From a virus (lineage: Duplodnaviria > Caudoviricetes): a stretch of DNA of 64,000 nucleotides. The stretch spans positions 32,766 through 96,765 of IMG/VR virus record IMGVR_UViG_3300030330_003269; one strand, 5' to 3'. Every line of letters begins with the position of its first letter. The stretch's first letter is position 1. Both the position numbers and the translations under genes were made by a program. Positions 37,625 to 46,713 of this stretch are shown here, piece by piece. Under the pieces are notes generated by a model, which was given only the letters and a program-made list of their open reading frames with translations, searched no databases and was not told the DNA's origin.

Positions 37625-38164
37625 TCACTCTTCTTCCGAACCTCCGTTGGATTCAGCCTTAACAGGCTTGGTTCGGGGCATGATTTGCAGAAGGTCGCCC
37701 TTCATGTCAAATTCGCCGTCTTTGGTCATAGCCACACGACCATCCTTCATTGATTGAATGATGTAGTTATGCGCCTGTTTCTTGAAAGAAGCGCACAATT
37801 CGTCAAAGGAGCCATAAACGCCACCAGTTCGCCCGTGTGGAACAATCACCGTAAGGAGTAGTTCGTGGAATTCAGTAGGGATTTGAGCAAAGGCATAAGC
37901 CACGCTTTCCTCCACAGTCGCCAAAACAAGTTCCTGCGTTTCCGAAAGATTGCTTTCCCGACCACGACGGGCCTGTGGAAAACCATCCATAGTAGAACCA
38001 ATTGAACGAATTGCAGTCCAATAGGTTGAACGAAGGTCGTCATTGGCCGCATTGTCTCCCAATTGCAGGGAAAGCATAACAGCACTCAAGTTATCGCTTG
38101 GGTCTTGATTTTCAGCCCATGCTCGCACTTTGTTTGCATTACTAATCCAGTTATTCTTCTTCAT
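37625..38164 (-). CDS. early protein, paralog family A
   Basis: GAGGTGA RBS; paralogous to 36459..36965. Confidence 0.85.
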   Translation of the reverse strand: MKKNNWISNANKVRAWAENQDPSDNLSAVMLSLQLGDNAANDDLRSTYWTAIRSIGSTMDGFPQARRGRESNLSETQELVLATVEESVAYAFAQIPTEFHELLLTVIVPHGRTGGVYGSFDELCASFKKQAHNYIIQSMKDGRVAMTKDGEFDMKGDLLQIMPRTKPVKAESNGGSEEE

Positions 38165-38294
38165 GTTTTTCACCTCTTCGGTTGGTGTTGCTCAAGTTAG
38201 CCCCTTGAAGCAACAATACATTTCCTTTTGAGTATATAGGGTTGTAATACAAAGTATACAACCATATGGTTTAATGCTTTGCAAATGTAATGTT

Positions 38295-38886
38295 TAACCC
38301 CAATATATTTTGGGGGCAACAAACAGGGCAGGGAAAAGTCTCCATTGTTATTGATATTCGCACTAATATGCCCGTTTGTGCCTTTGCTCGCCGTTATGCC
38401 GCTTCCTACATCAGTTGCTCTCAAGCGGGGGCTGTGAATGTAAAACGCCGCCTACTCCATTCAAATGAGACTCACACCACTACTTTGTTTCTTCATCAAG
38501 AATTGGCGCGCCAATAAATGACTACTCGTTGCTTTCGCGCTTTACTGCTCTGTGTTTCGGCTTTGTTTCCGATTGGTGTTTATGGCCAATCAACCAAGGG
38601 AATATGAAAAGGATGGGATGAAGAATTGGGTATCTCCAAGCATGAAGCGATTGGGTCGCTCTCACTTTTTGGTGCTCTATTGTTCTATAGAGCCATGCTG
38701 CTGATTTTACGAAGTAGATTAGTAGTCTACCGCCTTTTGAGCCTTAGTCGCTTTCACAGGGAACAATTAATCTATACCGCTTGGCCGTCATAACTGCTTT
38801 GTGTCCCACTACAGGAAAAATCACACCTTACCCCCACCAACAAGGGTATTCGGTCAATCCCCTTCGGGGGAGCGACCCCCGAAGCA
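38295..38886 (-). ncRNA. candidate large structured ncRNA (about 590 nt)
   Basis: Own palindrome-plus-TATA promoter, no credible ORF, many hairpins, terminal hairpin. Confidence 0.6.
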
Positions 38887-39112
38887 ATAGGGGCTTGCTT
38901 ATACAGTATAAGGTTTTAATCGCAAAGCAATACAACCATATGGTCTTACTTTGTTTTAATGGCCCGAAGGCTCAGTAAGGCCTTGCAGAATTGCATTCCC
39001 TACATTCAAGTTGGGAACCCCAAAAGGGCGGAATCCGCAGATAAACACGAATCCAATGCGCCCCTTGAGAGGGTTTGTATTGTTCACAAGATTGACACCA
39101 CATTTCACTCAT

Positions 39113-39397
39113 TCAAGCCCACTCCTTTTGAAAATCGGTAGATTCACCCAACATCTCAACCACGCCCGACATATCGCCCAACATAACTGAAATCATCATG
39201 TCGGTGATTTCATCCATCAAAACCGCATCAACGGTGTTTTTGAGGGCTTCAGCGTGAACCTCGTAAGCAACGAGAAAAGGAACATGAGGGTCAAGAGCCG
39301 CCAAATCTTTGTGCATGGACTCAACGAACCGTTCTTTGAGGTGGGCTTTCATCATTGGGCTAATGGTGGTCAAGGCTTCTACACACTTTTGGCACAT
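39113..39397 (-). CDS. leaderless early hypothetical protein
   Basis: 94 aa; ATG about 20 nt after the TATA of unit 8. Confidence 0.75.
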   Translation of the reverse strand: MCQKCVEALTTISPMMKAHLKERFVESMHKDLAALDPHVPFLVAYEVHAEALKNTVDAVLMDEITDMMISVMLGDMSGVVEMLGESTDFQKEWA

Positions 39398-39499
39398 GAT
39401 TAAGCCTCCATTGGTGAATATAGGGTTTTATTCTACAAAGTGTCTAAAACCATATGGTTTGAATATATCGTTGAAAGCGACATTGTGTTGTTTTACATA

Positions 39500-40130
39500 A
39501 CCTTCAACTGCATTAGTTTGTATAATTTATTACACCTCAACCGACTATCGGACTAACTGGGTATTATCCAATTGGGCTTATATTAATTCGTATAAGAATA
39601 CGAATATGAATATGAATATTAATATGAAGTATTGGCTCTTTCGCATGGGGTTCGCATGGGATGAGAAACACTATCCCCTCAAAAATGAGAGGGTTGTGTA
39701 GCAGAAGATATATGTTTTACATATATTATCATATTCTCATTATTATCATACTGTGTCTGAAATCTACCCCTCTAAAACTAAGGGGTTATGTGTCCTTGCA
39801 TAAGTGGCCTATTATGAGGGAGAGAATACCATGACCCCCCATGCGAAAATGAGAAATGCGAAAAAGGTGGGGCAAAATGCTGTTTTCGTTTAGTTTTGAA
39901 AGGGTTGTGTTGCATAACCCCCGATTCTCATGTATGCGAAACACATGAGAAAGGTTCTCATGGTGTGGTAGCGTTAATGTCTTTCAATCGCTATTCATTT
40001 TGAACAATTAATTACATTAGGGCAAAGTAAGGATAAAAGAAATCATTTCATTCATTTTAAACACGATTGAAAGACGGTGCAATCGGAGTTCAAATCTGCC
40101 CTCGGCGCATTCAAATCTGCCTTCGTCGGT
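39500..40130. other. putative replication origin / control region at the strand switch
   Basis: Non-coding; about 11 ATG[AC]GAA heptamers in both orientations; AT-rich tracts. Confidence 0.5.
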
Positions 40131-40155
40131 GTGAAAATAACACCCCATCCTTGAA

Positions 40156-40180
40156 AATGAAGCCCCTTATATACCATTGA
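40156..40180 (+). promoter_or_regulatory. archaeal BRE/TATA promoter
   Basis: AATGAAGCCCCTTATATACCATTGA, nearly repeated at 48164. Confidence 0.75.
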
Positions 40181-40229
40181 CAAGAGGAAAGGATAGAGCC
40201 AACAAGAACTGGCTCGGAGTTGAAAAAAA

Positions 40230-40697
40230 ATGGACAACACACAATGGGAAAGCCTCGTTATTGAGGTCAATGAATACCTTGAAGCCGACACCTCGCTTGA
40301 CGCTGGATTGCGCCAAGTCGTTGAATTGAACCTGCAAATTGGGTCTAACAACCCTGATGAGCGAACCGCCGCTGAAGGTGCTTTGAAAGCACTTTTGAAG
40401 GGCAGAGATGGAACCCCTTTCCGAAGAGGTCAGAAATCTGCTGTTCCAGCCGCAGTTCGTGTGTCAATTGACCGAATTTGCGGAGTTGTTGAAGAAGCCG
40501 CTATTGGCTACTTTAACCACGATGAAATCATCGGTGCAATCACCATGAAGCACATTAAGTCTGGTGGCGGTGCTTTTGAGGATGCAAATGAATACGCTTC
40601 CGCAGTTGTTAAGCGAACCCGCAACAACCTCGGAAAGATGTATAAGGACGGAAACTGGGATGGAAGCGTTGATTCCCTCCTTTCCTCCGAAGAGTGA
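40230..40697 (+). CDS. early protein, divergent member of paralog family A
   Basis: LNLQIG, PFRRGQKS and YKDGNWDGSVD match LSIMLG, PVARRGRES and YKEGRWDGSLD. Confidence 0.8.
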   Translation: MDNTQWESLVIEVNEYLEADTSLDAGLRQVVELNLQIGSNNPDERTAAEGALKALLKGRDGTPFRRGQKSAVPAAVRVSIDRICGVVEEAAIGYFNHDEIIGAITMKHIKSGGGAFEDANEYASAVVKRTRNNLGKMYKDGNWDGSVDSLLSSEE

Positions 40698-40850
40698 AGT
40701 TAATTCTTCATCCTTTGCATTTCCAGTTCTCTGAACTGAACAACGGAGAATAGGAGGCTACGGCCTTCTATTCTTCCCTTTCTCCACAAATGGGGGAAGA
40801 GAGGCGCATGAACTTGGGGGCTTTCGGGCTTTTCCTCTCTTCTCCCTCCT

Positions 40851-41111
40851 TTGGGTGATTTGATGCGTTTAGTAGAAGAAGTCTATGTTAAAGCAAAAAA
40901 GGATTACATCTGTCAATCCTGCGGCGTTGATATTCCCGAAGGTTCTAATCATCTTCTTGAATCCTATGTTCATCATGGGGTTATTTCAACCAGTCATTAC
41001 TGTTTGAAGAAAAAGTGCAATCCTCCAAACAATGTCCGATTAAGGTTGTTTTGGGGGTCAATTGTCGTAGGCTTTTGTTTATGGCTCATTTACCTCATCA
41101 GGTTTAATTGA
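40851..41111 (+). CDS. Zn-finger protein with C-terminal TM helix
   Basis: KAKKDYICQSC...HYC..KC; hydrophobic tail. Confidence 0.7.
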   Translation: MGDLMRLVEEVYVKAKKDYICQSCGVDIPEGSNHLLESYVHHGVISTSHYCLKKKCNPPNNVRLRLFWGSIVVGFCLWLIYLIRFN

Positions 41112-41260
41112 TGAGGATTTAATCAAACAACCAACAAAGAATGAGGGGGGGTGAACGGGTCTTATACGGCTCACCCCTGCCCCTGTTGAAGTGCGCCGAA
41201 TGGTTGCACATTTCCATCCATTTAATGTAAATATTCTCATTTCATTATACAAATTCAAAT

Positions 41261-41344
41261 GCTGAGATGGTGGAGCATGGTTAAACACGCAGGGCTTAAA
41301 CTCCTGTCCTTAACGGTTCGCAGGTTCAAATCCTGCTCTCAGCA
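41261..41344 (+). tRNA. tRNA-Leu(UAA)
   Basis: GCTGAGA/TCTCAGC acceptor stem, CAGGG-CTTAAAC-TCCTG anticodon arm, long variable arm, GGTTCAAATCC T-arm. Confidence 0.9.
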
Positions 41345-41451
41345 CTATTTTCACGGAGAAGTTGAGGCAGGGGCAACAAACGAAGTATGACCGATTAAGT
41401 TCGGTTTTGCCTCCTTCTCCTCCTATTCCCTAATTTACAGGAGAAAGAAAC

Positions 41452-42885
41452 ATGATAAAAGGAACACAAGAACAAGAAAACATTTGGAATGCAATTGAAA
41501 ACACAGAAGACCATGTATTTGTTAGCGCAGGTGCAGGATGCGGTAAAACCTTCACTATTGTTGAAGGCGCAAACCGACTACCTCAAAACACCAAAGCAGC
41601 ATTTTTGGCTTTCAATAAATCAATTGCTACTGAATTACAAGAACGACTACCAGATAATGTAGAAGCAAAAACTTTCCATGCATTTGGATTTGCAGCAATT
41701 CGTAGTGCTGGAGTTAGAACGAAGGTAAATAACTTCAAAGTGAATAACATTGTAAAGGAACTTCTTGGAAAAGACTTCCACATACCACCTGTGAAGAAAC
41801 TAGTATCTTTAGTCAAGGGTAGTCTCATTGATGCAAAGGACATTAAATCACTACACAGGCTCATTGGTGAGTATAACATCAACTTTCATTCGGAACGAGA
41901 AATGAACATTGTTATTGAAGCCATGCCAGCCATCCTTACTTTGTGCAAAACTCAAACTCATTTGATTGATTTTGATGACATGGTTTGGTTGCCTTTGGTG
42001 AATAACTATCCTCTTCCTCGCTATGATATTCTATTCGTTGATGAAGCGCAAGATTTCAATGAAAGCCAGCGTGAATTGATTATGCGAAGCGTTGGTAATG
42101 GCCGTTGCATCATCGTTGGTGATAAAAACCAAGCGATTTACGGCTTTCGTGGAGCAGACTCAAACTCAATTGCGATGTTTCATCAGCGTCTTTCAAAGGA
42201 TGAGCGAAAAATCAGCGATTTTCCTCTCTCAATCACTTGGCGTTGTCCAGTATCGGTTGTTAAGGAAGCCAATAGATATGTTCCTGAACTAAAATACCAC
42301 GAAGATGCGATTAACGGAAGTGTCATTGAAAATGCACCCTTTAATCCCCAAGCAGACGACATGGTTCTTTGCCGATATAACGCTCCTTTGGTTGGTGCTT
42401 TTTACGAATTAATTAGTGCGGGTAAATCTGCATATATTCTTGGTCGTGATATGACTAAAGGATTAATCATGGCCGTTGAAAAGATTTCAAAGAATAAACA
42501 CATGGGTTCAGATGAGTTCTGGCAATTGTATGAAAAGGACTTTGATTTCAACTATGAACGATTAGTTAGTGAAGACAAAATGTCTCAAGCCTTTGCTCTT
42601 GAAGATAAGCGAGATTGTATTGCTATCTTTATTGGTAAAGCAACTACGGTTGGCGGCATCATTGAAGAAATTAAGCGTGTTTTTGACAACCCCGATGTTG
42701 GAGAAATTATGCTTTCTACTGTCCACAAAGCGAAGGGACTTGAAGCAGATAATGTTTATATCCTTGCTACGGATAGAATGCCACACCCAAAGGGAGGACA
42801 TGAAGAAAACAACATTTGTTATGTTGCTATTACGAGAGCAAAGCAAAATCTATTCTTTGTCGGGCCAAAGCCTGGAATTAATTGA
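41452..42885 (+). CDS. UvrD/Rep-like SF1 helicase
   Basis: AGAGCGKT, VDEAQD, VGDKNQAIYGFRGAD, STVHKAKGLE, YVAITRAK. Confidence 0.95.
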   Translation: MIKGTQEQENIWNAIENTEDHVFVSAGAGCGKTFTIVEGANRLPQNTKAAFLAFNKSIATELQERLPDNVEAKTFHAFGFAAIRSAGVRTKVNNFKVNNIVKELLGKDFHIPPVKKLVSLVKGSLIDAKDIKSLHRLIGEYNINFHSEREMNIVIEAMPAILTLCKTQTHLIDFDDMVWLPLVNNYPLPRYDILFVDEAQDFNESQRELIMRSVGNGRCIIVGDKNQAIYGFRGADSNSIAMFHQRLSKDERKISDFPLSITWRCPVSVVKEANRYVPELKYHEDAINGSVIENAPFNPQADDMVLCRYNAPLVGAFYELISAGKSAYILGRDMTKGLIMAVEKISKNKHMGSDEFWQLYEKDFDFNYERLVSEDKMSQAFALEDKRDCIAIFIGKATTVGGIIEEIKRVFDNPDVGEIMLSTVHKAKGLEADNVYILATDRMPHPKGGHEENNICYVAITRAKQNLFFVGPKPGIN

Positions 42886-42994
42886 TAATCCACAGGGCCG
42901 TGTTTCCCCTGCTCTGATTGTGTAAGCGTGAACAATCTGGATATTTTGACGCTCGGATAGGTGCGATGCCTATACCTAAAAAGGAGAAATAAAT

Positions 42995-43180
42995 ATGAAT
43001 AATGAATTGAAAATGTTGGTGCATGAGATGATTGAAAATGCCACTCAAGCACTTAAGCGATATGATAAAAATGATGACCATTGGGAAGTTTTACTTTCGC
43101 TTCTGCGATACGAAGCAAAGAACTTTATTAAGAGGTTTGAAGAAATTGAAGCGACTATTTTTCGTGGTGAAGAAGAATGA
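42995..43180 (+). CDS. hypothetical protein
   Basis: AGGAG RBS, 61 aa. Confidence 0.65.
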   Translation: MNNELKMLVHEMIENATQALKRYDKNDDHWEVLLSLLRYEAKNFIKRFEEIEATIFRGEEE

Positions 43181-43392
43181 AGTATAAAGAATTCATGAAG
43201 ATTACAGATAGATGGTCAGATAATGACACGGTATGTTTCTTGATGGAATATCCGTTTTGGAACGAAGCAATTATGCGCTTTATTATGCATAAGTGGCGTG
43301 ATGAAGTAGAGATTGAGATTGAAGAGATTGCTTTCTTTGCTCAAGACAACGACATTTTGGAACACACGGATTTGCCAGAGGTGGAAGAATGA
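43177..43392 (+). CDS. hypothetical acidic protein
   Basis: ATGA-coupled. Confidence 0.65.
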   Translation: MKYKEFMKITDRWSDNDTVCFLMEYPFWNEAIMRFIMHKWRDEVEIEIEEIAFFAQDNDILEHTDLPEVEE

Positions 43393-43557
43393 GTTGGTTT
43401 AGAAGTTATGAAAGTCTTTATCCCAAAGGAAAACGAGGCTGGAGAAGCCCTCTTTCAAGAGCGAGAAAGGCGGTTGAAGAAGCATTGGAGGAAGAAGAAT
43501 GAAATACATTGATGCAATACTTGAACAACTATTTGAAAAATATTTGGAGGGACATCT

Positions 43558-43737
43558 ATGAATTGCCAACACGATGATTATGAATTAACCGCAGAGGACT
43601 TGACTGTTGAAGAACCATACAATGTGATTCATCAACATTTTGTTTGTTTGGAATGCGGTGCAATTGGTGAACGAACTTATCGTATTCCAATTGAAATCAC
43701 TTGGAATGGACAACAATCCAAACTAAATATTGAGTAA
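43558..43737 (+). CDS. small Zn-binding protein (not in ORF track)
   Basis: MNCQH...CLECG; GGAGG RBS. Confidence 0.55.
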   Translation: MNCQHDDYELTAEDLTVEEPYNVIHQHFVCLECGAIGERTYRIPIEITWNGQQSKLNIE

Positions 43738-44135
43738 TATTCACTTCGGGGGTCGCCCCGATTTGATAGCAGGTTTAAGCGAAATAAAAAATAAGGAAAT
43801 GGTGCTACCTAATTCTCTCTTTATCCTTGGTCGGATGAACGAACATTCCAGCCTTTATTTTCCTGCATAGGGGTTTTACAAGTAAAAATAGGAAATCATT
43901 TCAAAAAAGTAATAGTGTCCATACAGCACGAACCTATTTTCCTCGCCCTCTTATGGAGAGATAACAATGAAATTAATGAAAGATAAACTTAGACCAGAGA
44001 GCCATCGGTTCTTTGATAAAAAATTCCTAATGAAGCCTGTTGCTACTGCTGAACGAGAAGCAAGGCTTTACAAATTATATCGGAGTCAAGGTATGGACTC
44101 CTACAAAGCATACCTAAAATCACGGAGTTGATTTT

Positions 44136-44372
44136 ATGAAAGAAGAAATACAAGTAAGAAAACAACAAGAAAGAATGCATGGGCCTATTAATGAACCCAT
44201 GCTTGAAAATGAAGTTAGAATTAATATTATGGCTTCTCGTCAATGTATGGAGGATGATTTTGTTAAGTTCAAAAAGAACGCATCCATCCGTAATTTGAGA
44301 GATTTGAGATTCTCTATGTATTGGTATCAATACTGGATGAACAAGGCCACTTACGAAGAGGTGGAATGCTAA
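44136..44372 (+). CDS. hypothetical protein
   Basis: 78 aa in operon. Confidence 0.6.
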   Translation: MKEEIQVRKQQERMHGPINEPMLENEVRINIMASRQCMEDDFVKFKKNASIRNLRDLRFSMYWYQYWMNKATYEEVEC

Positions 44373-44563
44373 TGAGTGAAAGAGACTGGATGGAAATTAA
44401 ATGTATTAATTGTAGTGTTGTTTTGGCTAAAACACCAAAACATCTTTTTTTCAGTAATAACATCACAGGCATGGGTTTAAAACAGGTAAATAAATTGACT
44501 TTAACGAAGCAACCAATATTCTGTTTTAATTGCTACAATTTGAGGAAGAGTGGTATTGAATGA
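44372..44563 (+). CDS. small Zn-finger protein
   Basis: MSERDW..CINC...CFNC; TAATG coupling. Confidence 0.6.
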   Translation: MSERDWMEIKCINCSVVLAKTPKHLFFSNNITGMGLKQVNKLTLTKQPIFCFNCYNLRKSGIE

Positions 44564-45246
44564 ATATCTTTGCACTATCACGAAACCCTGTTGAAGCGGC
44601 TCAACAGATGCTTGATAAGCATATTATCAAAATGCCGACTGAAACCTGTCAAATGTTGCATACTAACATTCTTTATATGCAATATGTTCAAGAACACGGT
44701 GAAGAACCTCAATTGAAAGACCTTAAGGCTTTTCACCTCGCCACCGAGTCGGAATTGATGAAGCCAGCCATGCTAAATCACCCCTCAACCATTTGGGCGA
44801 GGCAATCTTTGGCTAATTTTCGTTGGCTTTATCGGCATGGTTTGGCTCTTTGTGATGAATACTCTTATCGCTACGAAAAAAAGCATGGAACTCTATCAAG
44901 AATTCATGATTGCACTTTATACGCACCTATGATTAATGATTATCCATATCCTATAAATGAACTGACTCCAGTATCTATTGCTATGGATGACAAATATCGC
45001 ATTGATAGAGATGAGTTTTACAACACATCAAGAGTTCAATTTGGCATTGAAACCGATGAATGGGATTTTGTAATTGAATCTTATCGCCACTATTATCTTG
45101 AGGGTAAGTGGCGTATTGCCGAATGGCGCAAAAACCGTCGTCCCGATTGGTTTCCTGCAAACCATTATGCAAAGAAATACAATGTGGGTGTTCGTGCTTA
45201 CAATGCTCGTAAGCCTCGTTATCCACAACAACTTATGGAGGAATAA
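44560..45246 (+). CDS. pyrimidine-dimer DNA glycosylase-like protein (DenV-related family)
   Basis: MNIF...DKHIIKMPTETCQML, NHPSTIWAR, YRHYY. Confidence 0.8.
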   Translation: MNIFALSRNPVEAAQQMLDKHIIKMPTETCQMLHTNILYMQYVQEHGEEPQLKDLKAFHLATESELMKPAMLNHPSTIWARQSLANFRWLYRHGLALCDEYSYRYEKKHGTLSRIHDCTLYAPMINDYPYPINELTPVSIAMDDKYRIDRDEFYNTSRVQFGIETDEWDFVIESYRHYYLEGKWRIAEWRKNRRPDWFPANHYAKKYNVGVRAYNARKPRYPQQLMEE

Positions 45247-45248
45247 AG

Positions 45249-45467
45249 ATGGAATATATGAACATAAAAGTCAAATGGGGTAATCTTATCCATAATGACA
45301 ATACAATAAAAAGAACGATAACTACTTTCTTTTCTTCAAAAGAAGATATGAAAGAAGCATGGAGTAAACGAAATAACGATTCTAATTGTATTTTAAACAT
45401 TATTTCCATGTCTATGACCATCTCTGAATATGTTCCTGCAGAGGAATATTTTAATTGGGAGGAATAA
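45249..45467 (+). CDS. hypothetical protein
   Basis: 72 aa, GGAGG RBS. Confidence 0.55.
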   Translation: MEYMNIKVKWGNLIHNDNTIKRTITTFFSSKEDMKEAWSKRNNDSNCILNIISMSMTISEYVPAEEYFNWEE

Positions 45468-45605
45468 AAATGAAAACAGTAAAAGTAATTTGTAGTAATA
45501 ATAAATGTAAGAAGGTCTTTGAATCAAAAGCAAACAACGGTTTCCCAGAACAGAGTTTCTGTGAAGGCTATTGCCGTAATCACGCACGATATGGGAGGGT
45601 TTCTT

Positions 45606-45914
45606 ATGGACTCTTGTGAAAAGTGTGAAGGAAAACTTTGGTATGTTGTTCCAAACTATCAGCATGATGTTCTTGAAAGAATTGAATGTTTTGATTGTTT
45701 GGCGCATATGCAATACAAAGACCACTTGGTTGAACAATTGTCTAAGATGATTGTCAGCGCAAGTCCACAACGCTTGGCTTTGCTTCTGTCTGAATTTATT
45801 GTTCAAGGAGCAGATAAAAGCGCAGTTGATGATTTGGGAAGGATTGAAAATATCATTCATACCAAGAACATCAACGAAGCCTTTTTAATAGGGGGCTTTT
45901 ATAGCAAAGACTGA
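45606..45914 (+). CDS. Zn-finger hypothetical protein
   Basis: MDSCEKC...CFDC behind GGAGG. Confidence 0.65.
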   Translation: MDSCEKCEGKLWYVVPNYQHDVLERIECFDCLAHMQYKDHLVEQLSKMIVSASPQRLALLLSEFIVQGADKSAVDDLGRIENIIHTKNINEAFLIGGFYSKD

Positions 45915-45930
45915 GAATGGTGGCTCACAT

Positions 45931-46006
45931 GGGCGTATGGTGTAATAGGATAGCATTTTGGCCTTCTAAGCCGAAGATTCGGGTTCAAATCCTGATACGC
46001 CCGCCA
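45931..46006 (+). tRNA. tRNA-Arg(UCU) with encoded CCA
   Basis: GGGCGTA/TACGCCC acceptor stem, TTGGC-CTTCTAA-GCCGA anticodon arm, GGTTCAAATCC. Confidence 0.92.
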
Positions 46007-46081
46007 CTATTTTTGCGTTCTTTATAAGTAGTCGTGGGACTCACTTTCACGGCTCTCATAAAATGAAAATGAGGAAGAAAT

Positions 46082-46453
46082 ATGTTTACAAAAAGAAATA
46101 TTATTGAAACGGCTGTTATCAATGAATTTATCAGGTATAATCGTTTATCACCAGATGAAATCTTTGAAGCAATCGTAGCACATGGTCTTGATGAACCATT
46201 GGAACGAACACCAACTAATTTTATTCGTTCTGTATGTATCACAATTCAGCGAGCATTTAGGAAACACGACATTCGTTTCTTTACTTTCAATGCTCAATTG
46301 AATTCTATTCATCAATACCAAATGACGAATGAAGCAAGAATGTTCTGTGAAGAACATTTACAACAACCTATCTATGATGAAAACGGTGAATTTGAATCTA
46401 ATTATGTTCAACACCCCGATTCATTAAAAGCAAAATGGAGGATGCTAATATGA
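46082..46453 (+). CDS. hypothetical protein
   Basis: 123 aa. Confidence 0.65.
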   Translation: MFTKRNIIETAVINEFIRYNRLSPDEIFEAIVAHGLDEPLERTPTNFIRSVCITIQRAFRKHDIRFFTFNAQLNSIHQYQMTNEARMFCEEHLQQPIYDENGEFESNYVQHPDSLKAKWRMLI

Positions 46454-46713
46454 CCACACCCTTTTTAAAACCAAGACCAAATGTAGAATTTAGAATTATT
46501 GATACTGATGAAATGCCGCCGATTGTGATTACTCAAAACGAAGAAGACCAACCAAAAGTGGTAATCAATATGTATCATAAACTATGGATTAGTCTTAATC
46601 GCCGTGTAATTGCAGGGATTATTGAAGGACTACAAGAAAAGATGGATGATATTCTAACTGGATATTTGAAAGAACAATATAACTTTGAGAAAGAGGACAG
46701 GGAATTTCTATGA
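46435..46713 (+). CDS. hypothetical protein
   Basis: 92 aa. Confidence 0.65.
   Translation: MEDANMTTPFLKPRPNVEFRIIDTDEMPPIVITQNEEDQPKVVINMYHKLWISLNRRVIAGIIEGLQEKMDDILTGYLKEQYNFEKEDREFL

Larger units (their letters stand above)
36017..39458. promoter_or_regulatory. eight copies of palindrome ACCATATGGT, mostly within CAAAG...CTTTG, upstream of minus-strand TATA boxes
   Basis: Cores at 36021 (G variant), 36219, 36392, 37070, 37537, 38261, 38935 and 39449. Confidence 0.85.

Noticed and set aside
36149-38517. ORF-track calls 36149..36337, 37045..37245, 37095..37445, 38197..38424 and 38290..38517
   Set aside because: They run through promoters, palindromes or hairpins, or overlap better-supported genes
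38295-38886. Hammerhead ribozyme, RNase P or group I intron identity for the ncRNA
   Set aside because: No intact CUGANGA core, no GAGGAAAGUCC-type motif and no interrupted host gene; left as unknown class
36017-39458. CRISPR array
   Set aside because: Repeats are only 10-bp cores with 170-720 bp spacing that contains genes; no cas genes
43389-43502. Early ORF starting MSWFRSY as a W-leader member
   Set aside because: Lacks the I-L-K half of the motif
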